DNA from: Mytilus californianus
Taxonomy: Eukaryota
Length of the DNA stretch: 64,000 nt
Assembly: GCF_021869535.1 (NCBI RefSeq)
Contig: NW_026262679.1
Span: 48,422,001 to 48,486,000 of the forward strand
Direction of reading: 5' to 3'
Under the pieces are notes generated by a model. The model was not told the DNA's origin, did no database searches, and worked only from the letters and a program-made list of their open reading frames with translations. The position numbers and the translations under genes were made by a program. Numbering within the stretch: the stretch's first letter is position 1; each line of letters opens with the position of its first letter. Below are positions 38,467-51,979 of this stretch, in pieces.

Positions 38467-40789
38467 CAAAATAAAATCCTATTATCATAATTATCTTAAA
38501 ATACTCTTTTGTTGATCATTTTTGTTGTTGAGGCTGTAAGGAGTTGTATGATAATTTTGGTCAAATGTGTGATAGTTTCTCCGTTTAATTATTTCCGTTG
38601 TCACATTGTCATGCCGGGGTATTTTCAGGCTTACTATACGGTATAGAATTTATTTATTTATTGTTAAAAGTCGTATGGTGACGTGTAATTGTTAATGTAT
38701 AGATGTCACATTGACATCAAGTTATCCTCTCATTTTTCCGATCCACCTTCCATCACATGATATAATCTTTTATTTTTTTTCTTTCTTAAATTTGTGTAAG
38801 ATATTTGCCACTGATCGTTTTAAGAACTCATTTGATAATTGAAATTTTCGAGAGAAAAAATGTAATTTTGTCCGCTACATAAACCTTATATCGATATATT
38901 ATACAATTGTGTATAATTATCTTAATAAAACATATTTTGCAAGAGTACAAGTAAAATCTGTCTGGAAGACCTTGTTAGTCCTAAAAATAAAGTAATGTGT
39001 ATAGTAATGCTACGTTGGTAATTGGAAGTCTGATGAATCAAACAGACTTTGCATTACATATTACCCATATTGTTTTCAAAACAGTGCCAAGACAAAACAT
39101 CCGTCGACTGACTAATCATTTAGGGTATAGTAATGAAATTAATACATAAGATGTTTTCATAGTTGTGCCATTTTCAAAAAATAAGAAAACGGATTTACTG
39201 TCTGTTTTCTGTTTGTGTCTATAATTTTAGTAATATATGAATAAGGAGATATGGTATGATTGACAATGAGACAACTATCCACCAAAGTTCATATGAATTG
39301 AATGTAAGCAATTATAGGCAACCGTACGGCCTTCAACAATGAGAAAAGCCCATACCGTATAGTCGACTATAGAAGGCCGCGACATAAAAATATGAAACAA
39401 TTCAATTTAGAAAACTAGCGGCCTAATTTATAACAAAACAATTTACAAAAAACAAATATGACAGACACGAACAAACGTCAACCACTTAAGTACAGGCAGT
39501 TAACTTTTCATATATTTTGTCTAGAAGGAATACACTCAACACAACTTTTGAACTTTTGATGCCAAGTCAAATATTACTGACCTAATCGTATTAAAAGTAA
39601 TGATATGAAACACGTCATTGAAAAGGCAACCAAACAAACACATTACCGAAATAGACATCTATTATTACAAGTTCATGTACAAAATTGCAAAGAATGAATA
39701 TCTGTGAGATTTTTGTCTCATCGGCGACCACCTAATATACATTTTCCAGTTCAAATACATTTTTGTTTACAATATCCGTCATATATAGTTAGCAAGGTTT
39801 GTAATTAAAGAAAAGAAGTAAACAAGAAGCACAATGGTAAATATCGTTTTCAGTAACTAAAGTAAATACAACATAGAATCAATCAAAAGTCATCATCTAA
39901 AGTCGTCATTTAATAAACTGAAAATAATAAAATATTTTTAAATGGTATTTTAACCGGTAGTGATATCAATCAAACCGTCACCAAACGCACAATAAGTCTA
40001 TCTTTTTAACGCCGAAATCAGTTAATCTATATAAATGTCGATCAAATGTCATCACTGTTCAAGTAATATGAAATTAATTCACAAATTTACTATTCTCAAT
40101 AATTTTCAAGTCGAAAGATTTTATGATATGCAGTAAAATATTTGAATAGATGAATTACTACGATCTTCAGAACGTGTTTGATAAGAAAGATTAACTGGAT
40201 AAGATAATTACTGTTGCATTCAATGTGGTCTTCTACGCTTTGAACCTTGTTTAATCATACAGGAAAAATGGACATCAGAGGTAAAGTGAACAAGTACAAG
40301 ATCTAAAGCTATTCATCAATTCGCAATTGCCTTACAATCATGTTAATACGATCGTTCATATAAGACCTAAACCGCTTTTTCCTCGTGTGAATCTAACTCG
40401 TTTTTTTTTTATCATATTTTCATATTCTGGTATTCTACCATTAAACCACATATCTTAATCTTGGTATGCGCATAACCTACAAGATTAGCTTAGCGATTGT
40501 TACAAGAAAAAATCAAATTTTTTTAAAAAATCCATGAAAGCAATACAAGGCAAACCTTTAAAAGTGCAAAACAGTGAGCAATCGATCAAATAGGTATATC
40601 AGAGTTAGTGGATACCTAACGGGTATTAGTTACCGAACATGTTTTTGTGAGAGGTGGGGTGAAGGAAAACAAATCTATAAAGGACAATTCATGAAAGTAA
40701 CGACAAAGGATGACAAATCAATAAAACTAGAGGTTTACCGTCCGCAAAACACAAACAAAATCTAGCTATGGACAATGCAACCTCCAAGC

Positions 40790-41370
40790 AAGGCTGAGAT
40801 TGATATACGGCCTATAAAAGCTGGAAGTGATATAAGGCCTTGATATTTCGGAAAGTGACTATATCCTGCCATGTTTCACTAAAATCTGTGCACTGTGTAA
40901 GGCCTAGGTATTTTGAAGGGTAAGAATATCCTGCCTTGTCTAAATAAAGGTTAAAATATTTTTGTCTTGCCTTAATAAAAGCTGTGGGTGATATAATGAC
41001 TATTTTTTTGGAAAGGTCAGTGCATCTTGACTTGCCTCAATAAAAGCTGGGAGTGATATAAGGCCTAGGTATTTTGAAAGGGAAAGTACATCCTGCCCTT
41101 CTTGGTTCAATAAAAGGTGAGAGTGATGTAAGGCATTTCGGATTGGTATGTATATCCTGTTTTGCCTCTTAAAAGATGAGAGTAATATAATGCCTAGATA
41201 TTTCGGAAGGGTAAGTATATCCTGCCTTGCCTAAATAAAAGCTGTGAGTGATATGAAGTTAGGTATTTCGGAAGGGTTACCCCCGTAAGTATATCTTGGT
41301 TTGTCTCAATAAAAGCTGGGAGGGATATAAATTCTAGGTATTTCGGAAGGGTAATCCTACCTCACCTCAA
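40790..41370 (+). repeat. ~64-bp minisatellite, about 9-10 units
   Basis: Same unit as 20035-20425. Confidence 0.8.
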
Positions 41371-41579
41371 TATTTGTATAACTTGGTTGTCTAAGGATTT
41401 ATATAAGTAAAATTATATTATGGAAGTATGACCTCCATCAATTGTGACACACTAACATGTTTATTCTTCATCTGTTCTCTTTCTGTATATCAAGGAAATA
41501 TTTGCCACTGTATGTTTATTAAACAACAATCAAACATACTATATGCAGGCATATTGGTTCACAGATATATATATATTTA

Positions 41580-41623
41580 ACATCACTGAAGAGACATTAA
41601 TTGTCGAAATCCGGATATGGTGT
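41580..41623 (+). ncRNA. Type I hammerhead ribozyme, intact core
   Basis: ACATCA-CTGAAGA-GACA(TTAAT)TGTC-GAAA-TCCGGA-TA-TGGTGT. Predicted cleavage 3' of A41617. Confidence 0.8.
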
Positions 41624-42117
41624 GCAAATTTTTGCACCTCATGTTTGCGGTATACCATCTTTTCCGCAAGTTTATTGTTTTCTGTTTGGTAATAAATTAA
41701 TAATAAGATCCATTTTGTTACATCTTGTGATCCGTTTATTTGGCAATCGCCAATGACAGTCAGCAGGGTTTAAGAACATCAGTTGTTCGACCTGCTAGTC
41801 AAATGCGTTTTGTTAAAATATACTTTTTCACTCATTTGGTCTTTTGGAAAATGTTTTTGTGCTGTATTTAGACCCCTCTACCAAGAAATTTGTTTTGCAT
41901 GCACACGTATAAAAATTGCGGTTTTTATCCAACGCAATCATAGGTTTGAACGTTGTTTTCAATTTAGACTTGTTAATATTTTTTCGTTTGGGCTTGTATT
42001 ATATTTGCCTTCGGGTTTATATGATCCGTTCATCCTATTTTGACTCTTTCAAAATTCAAGAGTCTATCCTAAATTGAGGTTAATTATATGGCCTTCTAAT
42101 TACCGTTTCGATTCGTA

Positions 42118-42160
42118 ACATCACTGAAGAGACATTAATTGTCGAAATCCGGATATGGTG
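42118..42160 (+). ncRNA. Type I hammerhead ribozyme, intact core (second copy)
   Basis: ACATCA-CTGAAGA-GACA(TTAAT)TGTC-GAAA-TCCGGA-TA-TGGTG, exactly 538 nt downstream of the first. Confidence 0.8.
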
Positions 42161-42528
42161 GACACATTTTTGCACCTCATGTTTGCGGTATACCATCTTT
42201 TCCGCAAGTTTATTGTTTTCTGTTTGGTAATAAATTAATAATAAGATCCATTTTGTTACATCTTGTGATCCGTTTATTTGGCAATCGCCAATGGCAGTCA
42301 GCAGGGTTTAAGAATATCAGTTGTTCGACCTGCCAGTCAAATGCGTTTTGTTAAAATATACTTTGTCACTCATTTTGGTCATTTGAAAAATGTTGTTTGT
42401 GCTGTATTTAGACCCCTCTACCAAGAAATTTGTTTTGCATGCACATGTATAAAAATTGCGGTTTTTGTCCAACGCAATCATAGGTTTAAACGTTGTTTTC
42501 AATTTAGACTTGTTGTATATATATATAT

Positions 42529-42912
42529 CAAATCTGTCGTAGAGTTGTCACTAGTTCAGACGTACTTATAATATAATTATTTCTGTGACTCATCCTACAT
42601 TAATTTGTAAGTTCCTCTACGACAGATAATTCAGCTGATCTGTAATATTCCATCTTCATGCCATATATATCATGTACTGTGTTACGACGCCAGATAAAAA
42701 CTGACGAGGAAAGGTAATACCCGGCCACCGGAAGCTTGATTTTTGTGGAGCCTAGGTGGTCGAGTGGTCTAGCGCGTCGGTCATAGTACAAGGCGATTTG
42801 GTGCCACGATATCTCAGTAGCATGAGTTCGAATCCCGGTCAGGGAAGAACAAAAACTTTGCTTCTGCAAATTTACAGATGTAACATTGTTGGGCTGTTAT
42901 TTAGACGAATTA
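42529..42912 (+). mobile_element. tRNA-derived SINE-like repeat between (TA)n tracts
   Basis: A-box-like GGTGGTCGAGTGGTCTAG (~42755) and B-box-like GAGTTCGAATCCC (~42825) inside a ~390-bp unit. Homologous copy at 51980-52320. Confidence 0.65.
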
Positions 42913-44829
42913 TATATATATTTGGAACTAAATTCTTTACACTATTTATAAGTTTGAAAAAGAAAAAAAACATTTTAGATAACCCTCCACATTAAACCAA
43001 TTGACGCAGAAGTCAGCAACCATAGGTCGGTCACCGTACGGCCTTTAACAATGAGTAAAACCAATATCGCATAGCAAACTATAAAGTTGACCATTTGTAG
43101 GTGTCTAGATATTATTGATATGAGGTTAATTTCTGTTTGGAATAGTCTCTTAAAAATTATCATTAGTTTTACATCAACTTCAAAGCAGGAGTAACAAATT
43201 AAAAAAAAGGACTTGTGTGTTTTTTTTATTAATCCTTGTAAAAATTCGGTTTCCTATGAGTTAAACAATAAATATGTAAGTTGCTGTGCACAATTGGTAC
43301 TCATTGAAATTCTTACTGCTTAAAAACTCACGTAATTTAGCAATATCGTATTTGGGTTTTTTTTTTTTTTTTTTAATAACGCTCCTACATGTAGTAAAAG
43401 TAATTATACTGTCTGTTTTTCTTCATTCATTTTGAAAAAAAAATTGACAAAGACTTAGTAAAGATTTTATGCGATAAGTTTTAAGACCAATTAAAGAACT
43501 GACGGACTAACACCGATTTACCGATCTATTCTAATTTTTCGATTTCTGATCACTGATTTCTTGTGCAATAACTGTAGCTCCTTTGAATCTCTCATTCGTA
43601 TGAGCTTAGAAATAAATATCGTTTTATAACAATTATAACCTTATTAAGTCACTAAAGAACTATAGTTTGTTTTATTCAAATGTAACGAAAAAATGTATAT
43701 TAATACTTAATCTTATTTTTATGACCAACGATGAAGACATCACAGAAAATCAGTTCGCCTTAGCCAGGGGTAGTGTCATAAATTGCGGACAGTATCTGAT
43801 AAATGGTTTATTATAAAAAATGTGATCCATGTTTAATATGTTTGATATTCAGTTTAAGGCGATTACATGTACACACCTTTCGCTTTTTTGTAGCCACTTC
43901 AATGGATTTTGTATTACTTTGTTAATTTATTAAATAAATAATTGAATACTTAGTCTAGTTGATACAGTACACACTTTATGCTTCCCTCTAAATGTCTTTT
44001 GGTTATTTTTGTTGTAAGGTTGTTATCTCATGGACGTATACCTGACTGACGTCAAAGGCTTCGCACCTTTTTTTCTATACAAGTTATCTTTAGAATATTA
44101 TATAGAATATATAAAGCATGCGCATTTTAAGAATATAATTGTAGTTTCAAATTATTAGTATTTGACCCAAAAAGTTGAAGGATGTATGAAAATATGGTCG
44201 ACTAGGCTCTCTATTCCGGCGGTAAACCTCGTACTAAGTGTGTATATATAAAAAATACAGTCACATTGGTGTGATAATTCTATCCGGAGTTCGTAGATAA
44301 CCTCTCACAAGGTAAAATAACCAACCCTACCCAACATTTCTCCCAGTCTTAATTTCACGCTTTTCATCACAATTGATTAACTATGTAGAACCTACGTCAC
44401 TGATTTATAATTATTTAGTTTTGTCTAGTCCTGAATATGTGAAAGATAGTTGCCGCTGGACGTTCATCAAACAAAATCATCATCAGTCAGCTATAAATTA
44501 GGGAAAATTGACAAAACTAATTATTTATTGGACTGTACACATTCAGTATACTCTTTGATTCAATGCGATGGAATAACTTACAATTTAACTCCACTTAATT
44601 TGAACTTTGGTGGATAGTTGTCTCATTGGCAATCATACGACGTCTTCTTATTTGTATACATGTATAAAGTGTTTGTTATAGTGGCATTGTTTTTGACAAG
44701 TGTATAATACAGTGTATTTAAAAACAATTATTAGAACATTCGACCCTTTGGGACAATAAGTCGCTTTAAACATTAAAGTCTATAGTACGACGAACAAAAT
44801 GAATTTCAAAAATTTGATAACAAAAAGTA

Positions 44830-45690
44830 TTTTCCTGTACAGAATCTTGCAATGGCTATTTAGCAGTTTTTTTTCTTGGATGCTGACATAGTAAATATTT
44901 AAACTGTTCATCTTTTGATAGAATATATAAATTGTCAATTTTTAAGAAATGTTGAGCTCGTAAATTATTGTAATAATTAAAGTTTATGAGGAAATGGAAT
45001 TCGTTTTCTACACAGTTATCATCACGCATTTTACAAATCGGTCTTCTTCTGCTTTATCTACAAAACGAAAAAGTGTCTAACCTAAGTGGAAGAATGCCAC
45101 ACCTTAACTGAGCTAATATGGATCTTTCGCTACGGTTTAGATTAAGTTTGATGTAATATTCACAGCTGTAATCTGATTTAGTGAGTCTCTATGTACGAAG
45201 TTTTGAAAATGTCGCTAAACCAATCTCCCAATCTGCGGAGCTTTTATCTTTTAATATTGTCTTGCACACAAGTAAAACACACGTGTCGTTAGTAAAAAAA
45301 AAAGTTGTTCTCCAATCCAATATACGCCATTTTTTTTTACTCAGATGACCAATTGTTCGTTTCCAAAAAACAAGCGTCGTCCATATATAGATACAAGCTT
45401 GTTCCAGTCTCTAAAAATATGACGACATCGTCGCTCCTTTGCGTAGGCCCCATCCATCCTCACCGTTTATTGCCAATGTCGGTGCTAATTTTTCGACACC
45501 AAGAAAATAACGAATTGCTTTCTTCTGAATTTGATTCAAGCAAGCAAAGTCCTTGTATCCCTAGAACGAAGAGTTATAGTCTAGAATTGGCATTGCACAT
45601 GAAGTTAAAAGTTTTTCGAACGTTTTTATTCCAAAGTCTTTTAAATGGTGAATCTTGAAGATGACCCCTCCTAATGCTCTACCTCCAGCT
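44830..45690 (-). pseudogene. Non-LTR retrotransposon (L2/CR1-group) ORF2 C-terminal fragment
   Basis: Minus strand: FEKLLTSCAMPILDYNSSF*G...QIQKKAIRYFLGVEKLAPTLAINGEDGW, then SKLRT...LNRSERSILAQLRCGILPLR...VENEFHFL, typical post-RT motifs. Stops and frameshifts. Confidence 0.7.
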
Positions 45691-45763
45691 TCCGATTGTC
45701 TATTTGCATTATCTATAAAATTCTTAAGATCGAGAGAATTAATATGTAGAAACCTGTACTTAA

Positions 45764-46375
45764 GGTAGATAGGGTGTCTTCCTCCATCTTGGATTTTGAA
45801 ATACCAGAAAATATTCGGTCTAGACCTTTAATAAAATGTGCAAATTTTGTGAGTAGTGGGTAATTCATGTGTAAGAATTTTCATTTTAATATAGAAAATG
45901 ACATGTTTTATTATATTTATGGTTGTATTTTACAAAAAACAGAATACTTTTGTTTGATTCAATTTTTTCCAATTTTGCCACATAAGGGGAAGCAACTCAA
46001 ATGTAAGGGCAGATAATTCAGATAAAAGTTACTTTTACAATAGAATGTGTTAGGAATTTATCTATTTTATAATGTAGCAAGAAAACGGGCCCGGTGACCC
46101 CATTTTTTCTTTTTCTTATCTGAAAGTATGATATTAGAGCTATCTTCTCATATTTTATCTCAAAATTCTATGGTGTAATTTTCGTTTTATGGCACAAAAT
46201 TGCGTTTTCCATGCATAATCTATACAAAATCTGTCAATTTTGCACAACCTGTAGCGTGAAAATAAGCCCCGTGACCCATTCTTTTTTTTTTTTTTTCAAA
46301 AAAGGATGATATAAACTACATTTTGGCAAATTATTAAAAAATTCTATGGATTATAATTTAGACACCCCATCTACC
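45764..46375. mobile_element. Non-autonomous Kolobok-type DNA transposon
   Basis: TTAA|GGTAGATAGGGTGTCT...AGACACCCCATCTACC|TTAA (TSD 45760-45763, 46376-46379). Confidence 0.85.
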
Positions 46376-47190
46376 TTAATTGCAGTTTATTATTAAGTGT
46401 GTCGTTGACCTGTAAAATCACTGATCGGGAAAAAAAACCTTTGACCTCCTTTCCCTTTTTAATTACGTACAATAACTGATGAAGTTAAAAGGTACTATAT
46501 ACTAATATCTTGAAACCTAAAGGTGTATCCATATTCTCAGTATTCTGGCCCAAAAACTTCAACTGGAACCTAGATAAACAATTGCCACTGCCAACTCTAA
46601 CCCGATTAATTGTTTGTCAAATTATAATGCACGGACTAAACTTAATATGAAAGGCAAGCCTGTTTTATTTTTTTATTTTTTGCGAATACATTTATTAGAA
46701 ATTGACGGCTTCGAAAAACAAAATATTGAAATATAATTCAAATCGTCGTAGCCAAAATCCGTCCTATTTACCACTATTGTGATGTCACCGAATAACCGAT
46801 TTTCGACTTGTCATGGGTAATACGACGGGTGTAACTAGTTGATCAGAATATGCTTTCCCTTCCGGAACAATTGAGATCATATCCTGTATTTGTAGGGTTT
46901 GAATTGCGCAGTCTATAGTTTTCTATGTAATGTTTTGTAGTCTGTTGATAGGCGTTTCGTCGTTTTCTTCGACTCATTTTTAATTGTTCACTTTGTATCG
47001 TCTGCGTCTTTTTTCCCCAATATTATTAAAAACACAGACTTAAATAAGTTACTAAAAATATTATACTATACTGGTATGAATTTATTTGGCTTTCACTGAT
47101 TTGATTTCTATTGTTTATTATAATGAACATAACTACACCTACAATAAGTTCATAATGTTTTCGTTCCGGGTCTATTTCCACACCCTATTT

Positions 47191-47378
47191 AGAGGGGCGT
47201 AAAGGGGGGAGTATCTGCACGGAAGAACGCGAAATAAAATTGCCATTTCACGATGAACGAACACTAAAAAATATCTTGCACGTTGATCTTTTTACCGATT
47301 TCACGAAACACGGTGAATAACGAACCTTTTTCACGGCTGCACGTGAAATAAAAATGGCAAAACCCTTTACCACCCTCT
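47191..47378. mobile_element. MITE, 188 bp
   Basis: AGAGGGGCGTAAAGGG...CCCTTTACCACCCTCT imperfect TIR with ATTT on both sides. Confidence 0.7.
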
Positions 47379-50300
47379 ATTTATATAAACCTACACAATT
47401 TTCAATATAAATGATATATATTACTGATACTATATATATAGGTAGACTGAAAACCTTCATTCTACCGTCAAATTAATTTGTATAATTCGCCGACTTGAAA
47501 GGGCACACCTTTTCTTTAACTACATTGTTCATTCATTAAGTTTACAAATACGCAAAGGTTATGCACAGCCTTTAGATGTAGAAAAAATCTTGTTTGATGA
47601 CCTTTTTGACAAAGAATAACTTCATAACCTTTTTCACATTGTTGAGAAAGTTATAGTATGTTGTTATAAAGGGAAGTCTCTCATCCATCGTGTGTGCTGG
47701 AGCGTTAGTTAAACATTAAGTATTGCAACAGGCGTGTTGACTCTTCAACTTTCTCCCAGGATTAATACGATGTAACTAACTATTGGGGCGAATTTCATAC
47801 TTTGATGTGGTACAATTCGTTGATTATAGGCAAAATAGTGTGTATAATATTTACTTTGACAAACATATTTCATACTTTGTGAAATGACTAAGATAAAAAT
47901 TTTATTACATAGAGAACTAACTTGATTTTATTTTTGTGATTTTAATTTCGATTTTCGGATGTACATCAATAAAGACACAAAATGATATATTTTAGGTAAG
48001 TAATCTGCATATCTTTTAAAATAACACGTTGTTTAGATTTTATCTAATTTATTACCAGATCATACTTTTAATTCATGTTCGGAAAGAAGGTATTGAGGCA
48101 TGTTATGTTAACAGGACATGTGTTATTTACTTAAATTTAGCATGTCTTAATTTGAACTTATAATTATTCTTGTATAATGATTTTCAAACGTGTTTTTGTT
48201 CCGATTATAAATATACAAATAAGTGAAATCTATGAAAAACTACATACATCCTCCTAGATCTTTGATAAATAGATTTTAAATCAGTTAATGTCGTTAAGAT
48301 AACTTAAATTTGCCTTTTTGTTAAATAAAATGTTTAAATGTCGTTAAGATAACTTGATTTTGTCTTTGCATTTGTGTTATGGTCCCTTTTAGATACAAAA
48401 CGCAATAGATATGAAAATTAAGGACACACACGAGACAAAATGAATTAATAGGAATTACAAATAAACACCAAAAGAAAGGCGCATTATTGACGTTCTTCAG
48501 CTAAAAAGTTACTGGGGGTTCTTTTACGATGAATCAAGACATAAAAGCTGACAAGGGGCAAGTGTGTTCCGGGAAAGCATCAACTTTTGCTCAACCCTAT
48601 TTTTAGCTTGATTTCCAAACTTTTGGCCTTTAATTGGTGTTCTTCGTCTAGATTATTGCTGGGGGTTCTCCGGCGATGAAACATGAAATAAAACTCAAGT
48701 TGGCCCAGGGTATATTATTGACATACAGTATATTTCATATATACATTGTATATAATTTACTCTATTTAGATTTATTTCCCATCTCTTGGCTCTTTAATTG
48801 ATGTTCTTCGTCTTGATAGTTGCCGAAGGGTTTTCAGCGATGATTTTAAAATGGTACAATGTTCAAGGTGGCTCATAGCATTGACTTACGCGGTATCATT
48901 TTCGATCTTTACTTCCAACTTTTAATTCTGACGTAATGAAGGTCAATCTATAAATTCATATCAAATACAAAAAAGGAAACGCTTTACTTTGATATACTTG
49001 TTGTGTATACATGGTCGTGTCAACGTTCGCATGTCAGTATGAAATAAATTATGTATCATGGAATCTAGTCATTTATTATGTAATACTTTCAATATATTCT
49101 ACACAAATAGCAAAAGCAATATGTATTTTGGCAAACTTCGTTTTCTGTAACAGACGTTGAAAGCCTCAAATACAAAATGTAAGTATTTAACTGCGTAAAA
49201 AGAAAGCACTTTAAAGTCAGGTAGAGAATTAAAAAATGAAATTTATTCAAATCAATTATGATTAGGCAGTTTGAAAGTTATTATGTGTAAGTATATCAAA
49301 GTCTTTAATATGTCAGATTCATATTTTACTTTTCATGCTATTAATTTTTTAAGAATTTTATTGGTTTAGAATTTTTGTGGATTCGGTATGTCTTTTTAAA
49401 ACTTGCTTAGCTTTAGTAGCGGACTCACTTCAACGACGTAATTACTTATAAATATATTTGTACCAGAGATCATATGTGATTGTCTGTCCCGAACGGCAAT
49501 TTTGTCATCAACATTGAGCCTAGGGACATTTTAAAAAACATAAAGGACACTCCAGTTTGATTTTGCTATACATTAACGTTTTATGATGTTAAATTCTACA
49601 AAATGTCTTGATTTATGGTTTCATATTTTATATTCCTCAAATGGTAAAAAAAGCTATACGTCGCTTTTTTGTTCCTTAAAACTTCACATTTGTATACGCA
49701 GATTCTTCTTTTATTTTTGTTGTTGGTTGCTTCTTATGTAATTTGAACGTAACCAAACTTTACAGCATAAGCGCTGTTAAAATTGAAACTATCACCATAT
49801 ATATTAAAAGATACTAAAAGAGCAACAATAGGGTATAAAATCTCAGATTTTTATTATCTGTACGATTTGAATGTTTCGTTTTGCGTGAAAGTATTGATGA
49901 AGGTCGTACGCTGACCTATAGTTACTAACGATATTTGTTATCTGGTGGTTTTTTATGTAGTTTTTGTGGATCTGTCTATTTTTTCGTCGTCTTTTGGGTT
50001 TTTTTTTTTCTAGTCATGGTGTTGTCAGTTTCTCTTCGACTTATGAGCTTTGGATGTACACTTGGTATCTTCCGCATCTAATTACATGTGCTGTTTCGAT
50101 TGATTTTTCGAAAAGTCTTGTGCCCTACATGTACTACGTAAACGTGTAAATGCACCGAGAGATCCGAATGATATTAAACTGTCACATTAGCAAAAAATGT
50201 TCATAACTATGTACGATGGTAGATATATCGTTATTAAATTTAAAGCATGTCACAAATAGATATGTTTTTATAATACAATGAAATCTACTATAACGATGTA

Positions 50301-51979
50301 TACCATATCATTATACTATTATGATCTGTGCGTTCTATTTGTAATCTTTTGTTGTCTCTCGAGGCTCCCTTTAATCCTAGTTAAATAAACATGTACTCAT
50401 TTTTTACATTGTACATATCAATCTGTGTTAAATATTCTTCTTTTCGATACATTAGATGTAAACGAAAGATAAAAGTGTAACTTATTCTATTTCAATATGT
50501 ATGAATATGACTTACACATATTTTCATGGATGGAAACAATAATCTTGTGTTTATGAAAAAATCTGCAAACATTTATGCTAAAAATGTAATTCAAAGTCAA
50601 AGGCTTTATTTAAATACAATATTTACAATTTGATATTTGTAAAGGATCGAATTGAATATATAGCATATATGTGTTTGTATATTCTGGGCACGTTTTCTGT
50701 ATTTATCATAGATTATCACCTGTGAGATCGAGTCATGGACTGTGAAGTATGCTGAATTAATATTTTAAAAATCAATTCCATTTTGATAAAAACCGTGTCT
50801 GCATGTTTTACATATTATAAATTAACATGTAGACTATTATATAACTTTTTTTATTGAATTACAGTTAAGTTTTAAATTTAAGTCAAGGGAATCCAAATGA
50901 AACATTTAAGTTTTCAATGCACTTAAGCTCGTATGTACATACATAAAATGTCGTAATTACACTTACTTTGACAATAAACATTTGCTAAATTTTATAAACG
51001 AAATATATAATGAACCTTGTAAAAGTGGGTTACCATAAAATCAAAAGGACATTAATTGGTTAACTTTCAGTTAAAAGTAAATAAAATTGTATGCACCTAC
51101 ATTGAAAATTTTAAGACCTGAAACGTGGTATATATTTTAATTGCCATGGATCCATTAATATATCGGGCATGTATTGAGCCGTATTTCTTAATTTAACGAA
51201 TTAAAGAAAAATGAAATTTTAGACCCCTTGAATTCAAAAATTAAAATTTTTGTATAACTCTATGAAATAACATCTTTTATATGTGTTCATAAAATATAAA
51301 TCTGTCAGAAATCCGTATTCATATTTTGAATTTTGAATTTCATATTTCGACTAGTATCTGTGTCTCGAATTTACTATATTGGATGGAAAAAATTCCAAAA
51401 ACCACAAAAAATAGCCTCATCTTCAGATGTTGTCCCTAAAAAAGATATTTGCTACTTTGTCTAGATGTTTTATTCAGAAATGTTTATGTGGGTAAAATAT
51501 GTTTTTGTGTGAGGTCTTGAATCATAGCTAATTAGTCCAAACACTATATGTGAAAATTGCTATTTTAGATCATATACATTGTATGTCAATTTCGACATGT
51601 GTATCACATTACAGTGATATAAGAAACAAAACGTATATATTATATCATCTCATTTACATATCAATAAAATCAATATAATTTTGAACGCTTAAAAAAATTT
51701 ATTTTTGAAATTTTAGGGGTCAAATAATGGCTCTCTAAATTTATACTTCCGCCTTTCACTCGTTGATTTTTGCCTAGTTCTGTTCTCTTATTGTGTCACA
51801 ACACAATGTTTCTGTAAATTTCAATCAATTCAAATGTCAATCTGATTTCAATACACAATACATCAGATACATATTAAACTTGTAAATCTTAAATGTGCTG
51901 TGAAAACACCCACCATCGTCCTTAAGGTTGATAAAAATTCAATTATATTTTGAAATATATTGATTATATATATAATGGA

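Larger units (their letters stand above)
41579..42515 (+). mobile_element. Hammerhead-bearing partial tandem element (538-bp period; retrozyme or Penelope pseudo-LTR type) between (TA)n tracts
   Basis: 41579-41974 is repeated at 42117-42514 with a 142-bp spacer. Each copy starts with a type I hammerhead. (TA)n at ~41566-41576 and 42516-42528. Confidence 0.8.
30797..51391 (+). repeat. Segmental duplication, block B (paralog of 5696-22972)
   Basis: Same colinear anchors as block A. B carries its own insertions (about 34.1-38.9 kb and 41.4-50.1 kb). Confidence 0.85.

Noticed and set aside
40790-41370. CRISPR-like ~64-bp periodic array (also 20035-20425)
   Set aside because: The whole unit is homologous between copies, so there are no unique spacers; it is a minisatellite.
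42695-42750. Hammerhead ribozyme at CTGACGAGGAAAGG...CCGGAAG
   Set aside because: Core-like words are present, but stems I and II do not pair convincingly in either copy.
42750-42845. Functional tRNA gene (also ~52100-52195 on the minus strand)
   Set aside because: A and B boxes are present, but I cannot fold a proper cloverleaf, the two copies differ widely, and both lie in a longer repeat.
45305-45658. 117-aa plus-strand ORF
   Set aside because: Antisense shadow of the LINE fragment.
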